A stretch of 64,000 nucleotides of DNA from Escherichia coli O157:H7 (GTDB lineage Bacteria > Pseudomonadota > Gammaproteobacteria > Enterobacterales > Enterobacteriaceae). A program made the position numbers and the translations under genes. The DNA is taken from assembly GCF_013167455.1 (NCBI RefSeq), contig NZ_CP038328.1; one strand, 5' to 3'. Under the pieces are notes generated by a model. The model did not search any database. It was given only the letters and a program-made list of their open reading frames with translations, and was not told where the DNA came from. Below, in pieces: positions 44,033 to 57,063 of this stretch (the first letter of the stretch is position 1; each line of letters begins with the position of its first letter).

Positions 44033-45250
44033 CTACACGTCCAGCAGCAGACGCGTCGGATCTTCCAGCAACTCTTTGATCGTTACCAGGAAGCCCACGG
44101 ATTCGCGACCATCGATCAGACGGTGATCGTAGGACAGCGCCAGGTACATCATCGGCAGGATCTCAACCTGACCATTCACAGCCATCGGACGATCTTTGAT
44201 AGCGTGCATACCCAGAATTGCGCTCTGCGGCGGGTTGATGATCGGCGTAGACATCAGGGAACCGAACACACCACCGTTGGTGATGGTGAAGTTACCACCG
44301 GTCAGATCTTCAACCGTCAGCTTGCCGTCACGGCCTTTAACTGCCAGCTCTTTGATTTTCTTCTCGATGTCTGCCATGCCGAGGGTATCGACATCACGCA
44401 GTACCGGCGTCACCAGGCCGCGCGGCGTAGAAACCGCCATGCTGACGTCGAAATAGTTGTGGTAAACCACGTCATCGCCGTCGATAGAAGCATTCACTTC
44501 CGGGTAACGTTTCAGGGCTTCAACCACCGCTTTCACGTAGAAGGACATAAAGCCCAGACGGATGCCGTGGCGTTTTTCAAACGCTTCACCGTACTGCTTA
44601 CGCAGATCCATAATCGGCTTCATGTTGACTTCGTTGAACGTGGTCAGCATGGCGGTGGAGTTTTTCGCTTCCAGCAGACGCTCTGCCACACGCTTACGCA
44701 GGCGAGTCATCGGGACACGTTTTTCGCTACGTGCAGCCAGAGCCGGTTGCGCCGCCGGAGCAGCCGCTGCCGGTGCAGACTCTTTCGCCGGAGCTTTCGC
44801 CAGATGTTTTTCCACATCTTCACGGGTCAGACGACCACCCACACCGGTGCCTTTAATGGCGCTGGCGTCGAGGTTATGTTCAGCCAGCAGGCGACGGATC
44901 GCCGGGCTTAACGCATCGTTGTTTTGCTCTTCCAGAGACGCCTGCTGGCGTTGCGCCGGAGTGGACGCTTTCTCTTCAGATTTGGCGCTGGTTTCTTTAC
45001 CGGCGCTGTTGCCTTCACGCAGGCGACCAAGGATCTGACGAGACGTTACCGTTGTACCTTCATCTTCCAGAACCGCATCCAGAATGCCGTCTGCTGATGC
45101 CGGTACTTCCAGTACCACTTTGTCAGTTTCGATTTCTACCAGCACTTCATCACGTACGACTGCGTCACCGGGTTTTTTATGCCAGGTTGCGACGGTGGCA
45201 TCGGCTACGGATTCAGGCAGGTCAGGGACCAGAATATCTACGCTACTCAT
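44033..45250 (-). CDS. sucB: 2-oxoglutarate dehydrogenase E2 (dihydrolipoyl succinyltransferase)
   Basis: 405 aa ORF with N-terminal lipoyl domain ([11 protein letters not shown]) and Ala/Pro linker. Confidence 0.92.
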
Positions 45251-45264
45251 TGTGTATCCTTTAT

Positions 45265-48066
45265 TTATTCGACGTTCAGCGCGTCATTAACCAGATCTTG
45301 TTGCTGTTTCTGGTGAACGGACATATACCCTACCGCCGGAGAGGCGGAGGCCGGGCGGCCTGCATAACGCAGAGAAGCCCCAAACGGAATCACTTCACGG
45401 AAATGATGCTGGCTGCAGTACCATGCGCCCTGGTTGAGCGGCTCTTCCTGGCACCAGACAAAATCCTTGACGTGAGCAAACTGCTGCAACACTTCCTGCA
45501 TCGCTTTATGCGGGAACGGGTAGAGTTGCTCGATACGCACAATGGCGACATCGTGTTGATTGTTCTTACGACGCTGTTCCAGCAGGTCGTAATAAACCTT
45601 ACCAGAACACATCACTACGCGCTTCACGCCCTTCGGATCAAGCTCGTCGATTTCACCGATGGCTGGCAGGAAGGTGCCGTTCGCCAGTTCTTCGAGGCTG
45701 GAAACCGCCAGCGGATGACGCAGCAGGGATTTCGGCGACATCACGACCAGCGGACGACGCATCCCGCGCAGCGCCTGACGACGCAGCATGTGGTAAACCT
45801 GTGCCGGGGTAGACGGTACGCACACCTGCATGTTTTGCTCAGCACAAAGTTGCAGATAACGTTCCAGACGCGCGGAGGAGTGCTCCGGCCCCTGCCCTTC
45901 GTAACCGTGCGGCAGCAACATCACCAGACCACACATCCGGCCCCATTTCTGTTCGCCAGAGGAGATGAACTGGTCGATAACCACCTGCGCACCGTTGGCG
46001 AAGTCACCGAACTGAGCTTCCCAGATAGTCAGAGTGCGTGGTTCTGCGGTGGCATAACCGTATTCAAACGCCAGCACTGCTTCTTCAGAAAGTACGGAGT
46101 CCCAGACACGGAACGCGCCCTGGCCGTTATGGATGTGTTGCAGCGGCGTGTAAGTGGAACCGTTAGACTGGTTGTGGATCACCGCGTGGCGGTGGAAGAA
46201 GGTACCGCGACCGGAGTCTTCACCCGACAGGCGAACCGGAATGCCTTCGTCAACCAGCGTGGCGTAAGCGAGGTTTTCCGCGCCGCCCCAGTCGAACAGT
46301 TTCTCACCGGCAGCCATCGCCTGGCGATCGCCATAAATTTTGGCAACGCGAGACTGCATTTCAACCGCTTCCGGCACCGTGCTGATGCGTTTCGCCAGCT
46401 CCTGCAGGCGCTTCATCTCAACTTTATTCGGGTACTCTTCGTCCCATTCGTGGTTGAGGTACGGCGACCAGGTGAAAGAGTGCATGTTCATCGGACGCCA
46501 CTCTGCCACTACGCAATCGCCAGCATCCAGCGCATCGCGGTACAGGTTAACCATCTCGGTGGCATCTTCCAGCGTCGCCACTTTTTCCTGCTCCAGCTTG
46601 TCAGCATAGATTTTGCGCGGCGTCGGATGTTTTTTGATTTTCTGATACATCAGCGGCTGGGTTGCGCTCGGCTCGTCGGCTTCGTTGTGGCCGTGACGGC
46701 GGTAGCACACCAGGTCGATGAAGACATCACGTTTAAAGGTGTTACGGAAATCGAGCGCCAGACGGGTCACAAAGGCAACGGCTTCCGGATCATCCGCGTT
46801 AACGTGAAAAATCGGTGCCTGAACCATCTTACCGATATCAGTACAGTACGGCGTTGAACGGGCATCCAGCGGGTTAGAGGTGGTGAAGCCAACCTGGTTG
46901 TTGATAACGATACGTACCGTACCGCCAACTTCATAACCACGCGCTTTCGACATGTTCAGAGTTTCCTGAACCACGCCCTGCCCGGTCACTGCGGCGTCAC
47001 CGTGAATGGTGATTGGCAGCACTTTGTTGCTGCTCGGCTCATCAAGTCTGTCCAGACGGGCACGAACAGAACCGATAACGACCGGGCTGACAATCTCAAG
47101 GTGAGACGGGTTAAACGCCAGCGCCAGATGTACCAGGCCGCCATCGGTCTGGAAGTCAGACGAGAAGCCCATGTGGTATTTCACGTCACCCGTGCCGAGG
47201 TGTTCTTTATGTTTACCGGCAAACTCGTCGAACAAGTCTTGCGGTTTTTTACCCAGCACGTTCACCAGCACGTTCAGACGACCACGGTGCGCCATCCCGA
47301 GAACCACTTCGCGGGTGCCGCTGTTGCCAGCGTGGCGAATCATCTCTTTAAGCATCGGGATTAACGCGTCACCGCCTTCCAGCGAGAAGCGTTTTGCGCC
47401 AGGGAATTTTGCACCGAGGTAACGTTCAAGGCCTTCAGCGGCGGTCAGTTCGCTTAGGAAGCGTTTTTTCTCTTCGCTATTGAAAGTCGCGCGACCAGAC
47501 TCGATACGCTGTTGGATCCAGCGTTTTTCTTCGGTGCTGGTAATGTGCATATACTCGGCACCAATCGGGCCGCAGTAGGTTTGCTTGAGGGCTTCCAGCA
47601 GCTCGCCGAGTTTCATGGTTTCTTTGCCGCTGGCAAATGAACCGACGTTGAAGGTCTCCTGGAAGTCTGCTTCGGTCAGATCGTGGAAAGACGGATCCAG
47701 ATCGGCCACTTTATCTTGCTGCCACAGTCCCAGCGGATCGAGATTCGCATGCTGGTGACCACGGAAGCGGTATGCGTTAATGAGCTGCAGGACTTTTACC
47801 TGCTTCACATTGGTGTCAGGGTCGGAGATCGTTGAAGAGTAACGTGAAGCGTCTTTCGCCAGGCGGCGGAAATATTCACGCGTTTGAGAGTGGAATTGAT
47901 CCGGTTTGACTCCCGTACCAGGTAACTGCTGGAACGTCGAACGCCAGTTAGCGTCAACCGAGTCAGGATCGGTTAAGAAGTCTTCATAGAGCTGTTCTAT
48001 CCAGCTCTGGTTTGCGCCAGAGAGGTAAGAAGAGTCCAACCAGGCTTTCAAAGCGCTGTTCTGCAT
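45265..48066 (-). CDS. sucA: 2-oxoglutarate dehydrogenase E1 component
   Basis: 933 aa [34 protein letters not shown]. Confidence 0.92.
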   Translation of the reverse strand: MQNSALKAWLDSSYLSGANQSWIEQLYEDFLTDPDSVDANWRSTFQQLPGTGVKPDQFHSQTREYFRRLAKDASRYSSTISDPDTNVKQVKVLQLINAYRFRGHQHANLDPLGLWQQDKVADLDPSFHDLTEADFQETFNVGSFASGKETMKLGELLEALKQTYCGPIGAEYMHITSTEEKRWIQQRIESGRATFNSEEKKRFLSELTAAEGLERYLGAKFPGAKRFSLEGGDALIPMLKEMIRHAGNSGTREVVLGMAHRGRLNVLVNVLGKKPQDLFDEFAGKHKEHLGTGDVKYHMGFSSDFQTDGGLVHLALAFNPSHLEIVSPVVIGSVRARLDRLDEPSSNKVLPITIHGDAAVTGQGVVQETLNMSKARGYEVGGTVRIVINNQVGFTTSNPLDARSTPYCTDIGKMVQAPIFHVNADDPEAVAFVTRLALDFRNTFKRDVFIDLVCYRRHGHNEADEPSATQPLMYQKIKKHPTPRKIYADKLEQEKVATLEDATEMVNLYRDALDAGDCVVAEWRPMNMHSFTWSPYLNHEWDEEYPNKVEMKRLQELAKRISTVPEAVEMQSRVAKIYGDRQAMAAGEKLFDWGGAENLAYATLVDEGIPVRLSGEDSGRGTFFHRHAVIHNQSNGSTYTPLQHIHNGQGAFRVWDSVLSEEAVLAFEYGYATAEPRTLTIWEAQFGDFANGAQVVIDQFISSGEQKWGRMCGLVMLLPHGYEGQGPEHSSARLERYLQLCAEQNMQVCVPSTPAQVYHMLRRQALRGMRRPLVVMSPKSLLRHPLAVSSLEELANGTFLPAIGEIDELDPKGVKRVVMCSGKVYYDLLEQRRKNNQHDVAIVRIEQLYPFPHKAMQEVLQQFAHVKDFVWCQEEPLNQGAWYCSQHHFREVIPFGASLRYAGRPASASPAVGYMSVHQKQQQDLVNDALNVE

Positions 48067-48245
48067 CGTGATCCCTTAAGCATCTTTTTTATGCTTACTT
48101 CGCCGTGGATACTACCACGCACAGTGATGTGCGTGCCGGGGTTCACTTGCGAGCTCTTGTCTACGTAGTGGCTCGCGAAGGAACCTTTAAAAACTGTCTT
48201 AGTGTCAGGGGCAGTTTTTAAAGATTTCCTGCATTTCTTTGTTAC

Positions 48246-48365
48246 GCCTGATGCGCTGCGCTTATCAGGCCTACGGGTAATGACTTGTAGGCCGGATAAG
48301 GCGTTCACGCCGCATCCGGCACTGGTTGCCTGATGCGACGCTTGCGCGTCTTATCAGGCCTACGG
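48246..48365. repeat. BIME with three REP units between sucA and sdhB
   Basis: GCCTGATGCGCTGCGCTTATCAGGCCTACG, GTAGGCCGGATAAGGCGTTCACGCCGCATCCGGCA and GCCTGATGCGACGCTTGCGCGTCTTATCAGGCCTACGG. Confidence 0.8.
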
Positions 48366-48366
48366 T

Positions 48367-49083
48367 TTACGCATTACGTTGCAACAACATCGACTTGATA
48401 TGGCCGATGGCGCGCGTCGGGTTCAGCCCCTTCGGACATACACTGACGCAGTTCATGATGCTATGACAGCGGAATACACTGAATGCATCGCTCAAACCGT
48501 CGAGGCGGCTGTCAGTCTCGGTATCACGGCTATCGATCAGGAAACGATATGCCGCTAACAAGCCTGCCGGGCCGATAAACTTATCGGGATTCCACCAGAA
48601 AGACGGACAAGAGGTTGAACAACATGCGCAGAGAATACATTCATACAGCCCGTCGAGTTTTTCGCGCTGCTCTGGCATCTGTAAATGCTCGCGAGCTGGC
48701 GGATTTTGTCCATTATTCAACAGGTAAGGCTTAATTTTCTCATATTGCGCATAGAATTGTCCCATGTCTACCACCAAATCGCGGATCACCGGTAAACCTG
48801 GCAGCGGGCGAATCACAATCTTCTTGCCCGGCTGGTTGAGTGCCGAAATCGGGGTAATACAGGCCAGACCATTCTTGCCGTTCATGTTCAGACCGTCGGA
48901 ACCGCACACACCTTCACGGCAGGAGCGGCGGAACGACAGGCTGGGATCTTTCTCTTTCAGCTGGATAAGCGCATCCAGCAGCATCATGTCGCGACCTTCT
49001 TCCGCTTCCAGGGTGTAATCCTGCATACGCGGAGCATCATCAACATCCGGGTTATAGCGATAAATTGAAAACTCGAGTCTCAT
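48367..49083 (-). CDS. sdhB: succinate dehydrogenase iron-sulfur subunit
   Basis: 238 aa ORF with Cys clusters (CREGVCGSDG, CILCACCSTSCP, CHSIMNCVSVCP). Confidence 0.92.
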   Translation of the reverse strand: MRLEFSIYRYNPDVDDAPRMQDYTLEAEEGRDMMLLDALIQLKEKDPSLSFRRSCREGVCGSDGLNMNGKNGLACITPISALNQPGKKIVIRPLPGLPVIRDLVVDMGQFYAQYEKIKPYLLNNGQNPPAREHLQMPEQREKLDGLYECILCACCSTSCPSFWWNPDKFIGPAGLLAAYRFLIDSRDTETDSRLDGLSDAFSVFRCHSIMNCVSVCPKGLNPTRAIGHIKSMLLQRNA

Positions 49084-49098
49084 TTTCCTGTCTCCGCA

Positions 49099-50865
49099 TT
49101 AGTAAGTACGAATCTTCGGCGGGAATGCCGGGCGCAGTTTCGGTTCCATGTTGACGCTTCGGCGCGTCATGGATTCCGACTCTGGCAGATACAGGGAGTG
49201 GCACAGCCAGTTTTCATCATCACGATCCGGGAAGTCGAAGCGGCTATGTGCGCCACGGCTTTCGGTACGGAAGTTGGCAGAAACAGCCGTTGCATACGCC
49301 GTTTCCATCAGGTTATCCAGTTCCAGGCACTCAACGCGCTGGGTGTTGAACTCGCTGGAAGTGTCATCCAGACGGGCATTTTTCAGACGCTCGCGGATCA
49401 CTTTCAACTGCTCAAGCCCTTTAGCCATCGCATCACCTTCACGGAAGACCGAGAAGTTATGCTGCATACATTCTTGCAGCGCTTTACGAATCGCCACCGG
49501 ATCTTCACCGTTACGATTATTGTTCCAGCGGTTCAGACGATCCAAAGATGCTTCAACATCAGACTCGCTGGCATCGCGCAATGCGCCCTGCTCGGCGATA
49601 GACTCTTGCAGATGCAGACCCGCTGCGCGACCAAAGACCACCAGGTCCAGCAGCGAGTTGCCGCCCAGACGGTTAGCACCGTGTACCGATACGCAGGCAA
49701 TTTCACCTACCGCGAACAGCCCCGGAACAACCACATCTTCGCCTTTCTCATTCACAGTCAGCGCCTGACCGGTAACTTTGGTCGGAATACCGCCCATCAT
49801 GTAGTGACAGGTTGGGATAACCGGAATCGGCTCTTTCACCGGATCAACGTGAGCGAAGGTACGGGAAAGCTCCAGGATACCCGGCAGACGGGATTCGAGA
49901 ACTTCTTTACCCAGGTGATCGAGTTTCAGTTTCGCGTGTGGCCCCCACGGACCATCACAGCCGCGACCTTCACGGATTTCAATCATGATTGAACGCGCCA
50001 CCACATCACGGCCCGCCAGGTCTTTGGCGTTCGGCGCATAACGCTCCATAAAGCGTTCGCCATGTTTGTTCAGCAGATAACCGCCTTCACCACGGCAACC
50101 TTCGGTGACCAGTACGCCCGCACCGGCAATGCCGGTCGGGTGGAATTGCCACATTTCCATATCCTGCACCGGTACGCCTGCGCGGATAGCCATGCCGACG
50201 CCGTCGCCGGTGTTAATGTGGGCGTTAGTGGTAGACTGATAAATACGCCCTGCTCCGCCAGTCGCCAGCACGGTAGCGCGGGCTTTAAAATAAACCACTT
50301 CACCGGTTTCGATGCACAGTGCGGTACAACCCACCACCGCGCCATCCTGGTTTTTCACCAGATCCAGCGCATACCACTCGGAGAAAATGGTGGTGTGGTT
50401 TTTCAGGTTCTGCTGATAAAGCGTGTGCAACAGTGCGTGACCGGTACGGTCAGCCGCTGCCGCAGTGCGTGCCGCCTGCTCGCCGCCGAAGTTTTTCGAC
50501 TGACCGCCAAACGGACGTTGATAGATACGACCATCATCGAGACGCGAGAACGGCAGGCCCATGTGTTCGAGTTCCAGAATCGCTTCCGGCCCGGTTTTAC
50601 ACATATATTCAATCGCGTCCTGGTCACCGATATAGTCCGACCCTTTCACGGTGTCGTACATATGCCATTCCCAGTTATCTTCATGGGTATTACCCAGCGC
50701 AACGGTAATGCCGCCTTGCGCAGAAACGGTATGGGAACGGGTCGGGAAGACTTTAGAGAGCAGCGCACAGGTCTGGCCGCTCTGGGAAATTTGCAGCGCC
50801 GCGCGCATACCTGCGCCGCCGGCACCAATCACAACTGCATCAAATTCTCTGACTGGCAATTTCAT
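49099..50865 (-). CDS. sdhA: succinate dehydrogenase flavoprotein subunit
   Basis: ORF track 49099..50877; start at 50865 gives 588 aa [24 protein letters not shown] (FAD-binding GxGxxG). Confidence 0.92.
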   Translation of the reverse strand: MKLPVREFDAVVIGAGGAGMRAALQISQSGQTCALLSKVFPTRSHTVSAQGGITVALGNTHEDNWEWHMYDTVKGSDYIGDQDAIEYMCKTGPEAILELEHMGLPFSRLDDGRIYQRPFGGQSKNFGGEQAARTAAAADRTGHALLHTLYQQNLKNHTTIFSEWYALDLVKNQDGAVVGCTALCIETGEVVYFKARATVLATGGAGRIYQSTTNAHINTGDGVGMAIRAGVPVQDMEMWQFHPTGIAGAGVLVTEGCRGEGGYLLNKHGERFMERYAPNAKDLAGRDVVARSIMIEIREGRGCDGPWGPHAKLKLDHLGKEVLESRLPGILELSRTFAHVDPVKEPIPVIPTCHYMMGGIPTKVTGQALTVNEKGEDVVVPGLFAVGEIACVSVHGANRLGGNSLLDLVVFGRAAGLHLQESIAEQGALRDASESDVEASLDRLNRWNNNRNGEDPVAIRKALQECMQHNFSVFREGDAMAKGLEQLKVIRERLKNARLDDTSSEFNTQRVECLELDNLMETAYATAVSANFRTESRGAHSRFDFPDRDDENWLCHSLYLPESESMTRRSVNMEPKLRPAFPPKIRTY

Positions 50866-51212
50866 CACACACCCCACACCACAACGAATCCATAAATCAC
50901 GTAAACCACCAGTGCAACGACAATCACCAGTTGCAGCATCAGGCGCAAAGCCAGCGGTTTAACGTAGTCGGTCAACACCTGCCACATGCCGATCCAGGCA
51001 TGGATCAAGATAGAAAACAGCGCCAGCAGGGTGAACACTTTGGTGAACGCAGAGGCGCAGAAACCGATCCAGACTTCATATGTCAGCTCGCCACTGGTGG
51101 CGAAAAAACCGACCATATAAATGATGTAGAGCGTCAGGACGATAGCGGTAGCGCGAACGAGGATGAAATCATGTACGCCATTGCGTCCTAATGCGGAGGC
51201 GTTGCTTACCAT
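50865..51212 (-). CDS. sdhD: succinate dehydrogenase membrane anchor subunit
   Basis: 115 aa hydrophobic ORF between sdhC and sdhA. Confidence 0.9.
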
Positions 51213-51595
51213 ACGAGGACTCCTGCGAGAAGTGAAAGCACGACAGTAATAACAAAGGAGATTTTGGCGGAGCGTTTACCCGCTTCGAATGTTTCTTCCA
51301 GATAGCCAAAATCCATCATCATGTGGCGAATACCTACGACGACGTGATACGCCAGAGCGGTAAGGATGCCCCACATGATAAATTTGACGAAGAAGCTGCC
51401 CATAATCGCGGAAGCTTGCTCGAAACCTTCAGGGGAAGAGAGGCTGGTACCCAGAAGCCACAGCAGGATACCCACTGCAACAAAGGTGATCACACCGGAA
51501 ACGCGATGGAGAATGGACGCTATCGCCGTGATGGGGAACCGGATGGTCTGTAGGTCCAGATTAACAGGTCTTTGTTTTTTCACATTTCTTATCAT
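51206..51595 (-). CDS. sdhC: succinate dehydrogenase cytochrome b556 subunit
   Basis: ORF track 51206..51610; start at 51595 gives 129 aa [21 protein letters not shown]. Confidence 0.9.
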
Positions 51596-52303
51596 GAATA
51601 ACGCCCACATGCTGTTCTTATTATTCCCTGGGGACTACGGGCACAGAGGTTAACTTTCTGTTACCTGGAGACGTCGGGATTTCCTTCCTCCGGTCTGCTT
51701 GCGGGTCAGACAGCGTCCTTTCTATAACTGCGCGTCATGCAAAACACTGCTTCCAGATGCGAAAACGACACGTTACAACGCTGGGTGGCTCGGGATTGCA
51801 GGGTGTTCCGGAGACCTGGCGGCAGTATAGGCCGTTCACAAAATCATTACAATTAACCTACATATAGTTTGTCGGGTTTTATCCTGAACAGTGATCCAGG
51901 TCACGATAACAACATTTATTTAATTTTTAATCATCTAATTTGACAATCATTCAACAAAGTTGTTACAAACATTACCAGGAAAAGCATATAATGCGTAAAA
52001 GTTATGAAGTCGGTATTTCACCTAAGATTAACTTATGTAACAGTGTGGAAGTATTGACCAATTCATTCGGGACAGTTATTAGTGGTAGACAAGTTTAATA
52101 ATTCGGATTGCTAAGTACTTGATTCGCCATTTATTCGTCATCAATGGATCCTTTACCTGCAAGCGCCCAGAGCTCTGTACCCAGGTTTTCCCCTCTTTCA
52201 CAGAGCGGCGAGCCAAATAACAAACGGGTAAAGCCAGGTTGATGTGCGAAGGCAAATTTAAGTTCCGGCAGTCTTACGCAATAAGGCGCTAAGGAGACCT
52301 TAA

Positions 52304-53587
52304 ATGGCTGATACAAAAGCAAAACTCACCCTCAACGGGGACACAGCTGTTGAACTGGATGTGCTGAAAGGCACGCTGGGTCAAGATGTTATTGATATCC
52401 GTACTCTCGGTTCAAAAGGTGTGTTCACCTTTGACCCTGGCTTCACTTCAACCGCATCCTGCGAATCTAAAATTACTTTTATTGATGGTGATGAAGGTAT
52501 TTTGCTGCACCGCGGTTTCCCGATCGATCAGCTGGCGACCGATTCTAACTACCTGGAAGTTTGTTACATCCTGCTGAATGGTGAAAAACCGACTCAGGAA
52601 CAGTATGACGAATTTAAAACTACGGTGACCCGTCATACCATGATCCACGAGCAGATTACCCGTCTGTTCCACGCTTTCCGTCGCGACTCACATCCAATGG
52701 CAGTCATGTGTGGTATTACCGGCGCGCTGGCGGCGTTCTATCACGACTCGCTGGATGTTAACAATCCTCGTCATCGTGAAATTGCCGCGTTCCGCCTGCT
52801 GTCGAAAATGCCGACCATGGCAGCGATGTGTTACAAGTATTCCATTGGTCAGCCATTTGTTTATCCGCGCAACGATCTCTCCTATGCCGGTAACTTCCTG
52901 AATATGATGTTCTCCACGCCGTGCGAACCGTATGAAGTTAATCCGATTCTGGAACGTGCTATGGACCGTATTCTGATCCTGCACGCTGACCATGAACAGA
53001 ACGCCTCTACCTCCACCGTGCGTACCGCTGGCTCTTCGGGTGCGAACCCGTTTGCCTGTATCGCAGCAGGTATTGCTTCACTGTGGGGGCCTGCACACGG
53101 TGGTGCTAACGAAGCGGCGCTGAAAATGCTGGAAGAAATTAGCTCCGTTAAACACATTCCGGAATTTGTTCGTCGTGCGAAAGATAAAAATGATTCTTTC
53201 CGCCTGATGGGCTTCGGTCACCGCGTGTACAAAAATTACGACCCGCGCGCCACCGTAATGCGTGAAACCTGCCATGAAGTTCTGAAAGAGCTGGGCACCA
53301 AAGATGACCTGCTGGAAGTGGCTATGGAGCTGGAAAACATCGCGCTGAACGACCCGTACTTTATCGAGAAGAAACTGTACCCGAACGTCGATTTCTACTC
53401 TGGTATCATCCTGAAAGCGATGGGTATTCCGTCTTCCATGTTCACCGTCATCTTCGCTATGGCCCGTACCGTTGGCTGGATCGCTCACTGGAGCGAAATG
53501 CACAGTGACGGCATGAAGATCGCCCGTCCGCGCCAGTTGTACACCGGCTATGAAAAACGAGACTTTAAATCAGATGTTAAACATTAA
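52304..53587 (+). CDS. gltA: citrate synthase
   Basis: 427 aa [50 protein letters not shown]; divergent from sdhC across a ~700-bp regulatory region. Confidence 0.92.
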   Translation: MADTKAKLTLNGDTAVELDVLKGTLGQDVIDIRTLGSKGVFTFDPGFTSTASCESKITFIDGDEGILLHRGFPIDQLATDSNYLEVCYILLNGEKPTQEQYDEFKTTVTRHTMIHEQITRLFHAFRRDSHPMAVMCGITGALAAFYHDSLDVNNPRHREIAAFRLLSKMPTMAAMCYKYSIGQPFVYPRNDLSYAGNFLNMMFSTPCEPYEVNPILERAMDRILILHADHEQNASTSTVRTAGSSGANPFACIAAGIASLWGPAHGGANEAALKMLEEISSVKHIPEFVRRAKDKNDSFRLMGFGHRVYKNYDPRATVMRETCHEVLKELGTKDDLLEVAMELENIALNDPYFIEKKLYPNVDFYSGIILKAMGIPSSMFTVIFAMARTVGWIAHWSEMHSDGMKIARPRQLYTGYEKRDFKSDVKH

Positions 53588-53614
53588 TTATCTGATTTGA
53601 ACCATATATCGTTT

Positions 53615-53648
53615 AGCCCGCCTGAATATCTGGCGGGCTTTTTTTTGT
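53615..53648 (+). terminator. Rho-independent terminator of gltA
   Basis: AGCCCGCC-TGAATATC-TGGCGGGCT hairpin followed by a T8 run. Confidence 0.7.
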
Positions 53649-53958
53649 TCGTTAGTTATGTCTATCGACAAAAAAACGTAATCGGACACAAATACATAAT
53701 TACACGTTACAAGAATACATATCCGATAACTAAATAAAATCCTAATTTTTCATTCACCACCACCGTTATCCCGCCAATCGATGTAGAATACATTGGGTAG
53801 CACCCACAATTAAATAAACTCGTAATAGGATTAATTCACTTTATTTATGATTCGAGAGCTTTGAGAAACTCTCAAACATAATGTAGCAACATTAATATTA
53901 TTACATGAACAAAAAACCACTATTCTGTCGGAATAATTAGTATACTTTATCATAGCCC

Positions 53959-54459
53959 ATGAAGGATTCATGTATGTTTAAAGGACAAAAAACACTGGCC
54001 GCCCTGGCCATATCTCTACTATTCGCTTCACCTGTTTTTGCTGCAGATGAAGGATCTGGTGAAATCCACTTTAAAGGTGAAGTTATTGAAGCACCATGTG
54101 AAATTCACCCTGATGACCTTGATATGAACATTGACCTGGGTGAAGTAACCACATCCCACATAAATCGAGAACATCATAGCGAGAAAAAACCTGTCAATAT
54201 TCGCTTAATCAACTGTGATATTGCAGGCTGGGATGATGGCAAGGGTGGCGTGGTCTCAAAGGTAGGCGTGACCTTCGACAGCACGGCTAAAACGACAGGT
54301 GCAACCCCGCTCCTTAGTAACATCAGTGCTGGCGAGGCTACCGGCGTTGGCGTACGTCTCATGAACAAAGATGAATCATTTGTTACATTGGGAACAGAAG
54401 CGCCAACAATTGACTTATTGGCAAGTTCAACAGAACAAACGTTAAACTTCTTTGCCTAG
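53959..54459 (+). CDS. ybgD: fimbrial major subunit (chaperone-usher pilus)
   Basis: 166 aa ORF with signal peptide (start may be the ATG at 53974, MFKGQKTLAALAISLLFASPVFA) and fimbrial-subunit C-terminus. Confidence 0.75.
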   Translation: MKDSCMFKGQKTLAALAISLLFASPVFAADEGSGEIHFKGEVIEAPCEIHPDDLDMNIDLGEVTTSHINREHHSEKKPVNIRLINCDIAGWDDGKGGVVSKVGVTFDSTAKTTGATPLLSNISAGEATGVGVRLMNKDESFVTLGTEAPTIDLLASSTEQTLNFFA

Positions 54460-54548
54460 ATGGAACAGATGGATAACGCAGTTTCGGTTACCGCGGGGGC
54501 CGTTACTGCTAACGCAACTTACGTTCTGGATTACCAATAATCCTTTTT

Positions 54549-54575
54549 AAGGCGGCTGATTAGCCGCCTTTTGCG
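54549..54575 (+). terminator. Hairpin between fimbrial subunit and usher genes (likely attenuator)
   Basis: AAGGCGGCT-GATT-AGCCGCCTT hairpin followed by TT; such structures commonly set subunit:usher stoichiometry. Confidence 0.5.
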
Positions 54576-54589
54576 AATATTGTTCAGGT

Positions 54590-57049
54590 ATGGATGCCGT
54601 GAATATTTATCGACTCTCTGTTCTTTCCTGTCTGGCAATGGTAACCCCTCCTGCGCTGACAGCTGAATTTAACCTTAACGTTCTCGATAAGTCGATTCGG
54701 GATAGCGTTGATATTTCGTTGCTCAATCAAAAAGGCGTCGTAGCTCCCGGCGATTACTTTGTTAGTGTTACGGTTAATAATAATAAAATCAGTAATGGGC
54801 AACAAATTCGCTGGCAAAAATCTGGCGATAAAATTATTCCTTGTATCAATGAATCGCTGATCGAACTCTTCGGACTTAAATCTGACTTTCGTAAAAAATT
54901 ACCGGCAATAAAAGAATGTGTCGATTTTAGTGTCTTCCCTGAAATCATCTTTACTTTCGATCAGGCAAATCAACAGCTCAATATTACAATCCCGCAGGCA
55001 TGGCTGGCGTGGCATTCAGAAAACTGGACGCCACCCTCAACGTGGAATAACGGTATTCCTGGCTTCCTGATGGATTACAACCTGTTTGCCAGCACTTATC
55101 GCCCACAAAGCGGCAGCAGCAGCAACAACCTGAACGCCTATGGCACCACGGGCCTCAACGCCGGGGCATGGCGTCTGCGCAGCGATTATCAGCTTAGCCA
55201 GTCCGATAGCGGCGACAACCGTGAACAATCTGGGGCGATTTCACGGACCTACCTGTTCCGCCCGTTACCGCAAATAGGTTCCCGATTAACCCTGGGCGAA
55301 ACCGATTTTAGCTCTAACATTTTTGATGGTTTCTCCTATACCGGTGCGGCGTTAGCCAGCGACGATCGAATGCTCCCCTGGGAGTTACGCGGCTACGCGC
55401 CGCAAATCAGCGGCATCGCACAGACTAACGCCACGGTCACGATAAGCCATTCTGGTCGCGTGATTTACCAGAAAAAAGTTCCACCAGGCCCATTTATTAT
55501 TGATGACCTGAATCAGTCAGTGCAAGGTACACTGGATGTCAAAGTGAGCGAAGAAGATGGACGGGTGAATAACTTCCAGGTTTCAGCGGCCTCTACCCCG
55601 TTCCTGACGCGTCAGGGCCAGGTGCGCTATAAACTGGCTGCCGGTCGCCCGCGTTCCTCTATGTCGCACCACACCGAGGATGAAACCTTCATTAGCCATG
55701 AAGTCTCCTGGGGAATGCTCTCCAACACTTCACTATATGGCGGCATGCTTCTCGCAGGCGATGACTATCGTTCCGGCGCGCTGGGTATTGGGCAAAATAT
55801 GCTCTGGATGGGGGCGCTGTCGTTTGACGTGACCTGGGCCGACAGCCATTTTGATACCCAACAGGATGAGCAGGGTTACAGCTACCGCTTTAACTACAGC
55901 AAACAGGTTGATGCGACCAACAGCACCATCTCATTGGCAGCCTATCGCTTCTCCGATCGCCATTTTCACAGCTACGCTAACTACATTGATCACAAATACA
56001 ATGACGCCGACGCGCAGGATGAAAAGCAAACAATCAGCCTCTCCTTCGGTCAGCCTATTACTCTGCTGAATCTTAATCTCTACGCCAACATCCTGCATCA
56101 GAGCTGGTGGAATGCGGATACCTCCACCACGGCCAACATTACCGTCGGTTTTAACGTCGACATTGGCGACTGGAAAGATATTTCTGTCTCGACCTCGTTC
56201 AACACCACCCATTATGAAGATAAAGATCGCGACAACCAGATTTACTTTTCGATCTCCTTACCGATTGGGGAAAGTGGTCGACTGGGTTATGACATGCAGA
56301 ACAACAGTAATACTACCACCCACCGCATGTCGTGGAACGATACCCTGGATGAACGAAACAGTTGGGGAATGTCGGCTGGAATACAATCCGATCGCCCGGA
56401 TAACGGTGCGCAGGTCAGCGGCAATTACCAACACCTCAGTTCGGCGGGGGAATGGGATCTGACCGGAACCTATGCCGCCAATGATTACACTTCCGCCAGT
56501 GCCAGTTGGAGCGGCTCGTTTACCGCGACTCAACATGGCGCGGCATTCCATCGCCGCAGTTCCACCAATGAACCACGCCTGATGGTCAGCACCGACGGCG
56601 TGGGCGATATTCCGATTCAGGGCAATATTGACTACACCAACCGCTTTGGTATTGCCGTGGTACCGTTTGTTTCCAGCTACCAGCCTACGACGGTGGCGGT
56701 CAATATGAACGACTTGCCTGACGGCGTTACCGTTTCCGAAAACGTGGTGAAAGAAACCTGGACCGAAGGCGCCATCGGCTTTAAATCGCTGGCGTCCCGC
56801 GCCGGGAAAGATCTCAACGTCATTATCAGCGATGCTAACGGGCATTTCCCGCCGCTCGGTGCCGATGTTCGCCAGGCTGAAGGCGGTGTCAGCGTCGGGA
56901 TGGTTGGCGAAAACGGTCACGCATGGCTGAGTGGGGTCGATGAAAATCAACAATTTACCGTGCACTGGGGCGACCAGAAAACGTGTGCCATTCATCTGCC
57001 GGAACATCTGGAAGATGTGACTAAGCGCCTGATTTTACCCTGTCATTAA
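54590..57049 (+). CDS. ybgQ: fimbrial outer-membrane usher
   Basis: 819 aa ORF of typical usher size and composition, between subunit and chaperone genes. Confidence 0.8.
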   Translation: MDAVNIYRLSVLSCLAMVTPPALTAEFNLNVLDKSIRDSVDISLLNQKGVVAPGDYFVSVTVNNNKISNGQQIRWQKSGDKIIPCINESLIELFGLKSDFRKKLPAIKECVDFSVFPEIIFTFDQANQQLNITIPQAWLAWHSENWTPPSTWNNGIPGFLMDYNLFASTYRPQSGSSSNNLNAYGTTGLNAGAWRLRSDYQLSQSDSGDNREQSGAISRTYLFRPLPQIGSRLTLGETDFSSNIFDGFSYTGAALASDDRMLPWELRGYAPQISGIAQTNATVTISHSGRVIYQKKVPPGPFIIDDLNQSVQGTLDVKVSEEDGRVNNFQVSAASTPFLTRQGQVRYKLAAGRPRSSMSHHTEDETFISHEVSWGMLSNTSLYGGMLLAGDDYRSGALGIGQNMLWMGALSFDVTWADSHFDTQQDEQGYSYRFNYSKQVDATNSTISLAAYRFSDRHFHSYANYIDHKYNDADAQDEKQTISLSFGQPITLLNLNLYANILHQSWWNADTSTTANITVGFNVDIGDWKDISVSTSFNTTHYEDKDRDNQIYFSISLPIGESGRLGYDMQNNSNTTTHRMSWNDTLDERNSWGMSAGIQSDRPDNGAQVSGNYQHLSSAGEWDLTGTYAANDYTSASASWSGSFTATQHGAAFHRRSSTNEPRLMVSTDGVGDIPIQGNIDYTNRFGIAVVPFVSSYQPTTVAVNMNDLPDGVTVSENVVKETWTEGAIGFKSLASRAGKDLNVIISDANGHFPPLGADVRQAEGGVSVGMVGENGHAWLSGVDENQQFTVHWGDQKTCAIHLPEHLEDVTKRLILPCH

Positions 57050-57063
57050 TTAAGGAAAAGACG

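Noticed and set aside
45052-46857. 601-aa plus-strand ORF in the six-frame track
   Set aside because: Entirely antisense to sucA, which is a confidently recognised gene; Arg/His-rich low-complexity translation typical of antisense frames in GC-rich coding DNA.
49198-50895. 264-aa and 277-aa plus-strand ORFs
   Set aside because: Antisense to sdhA.
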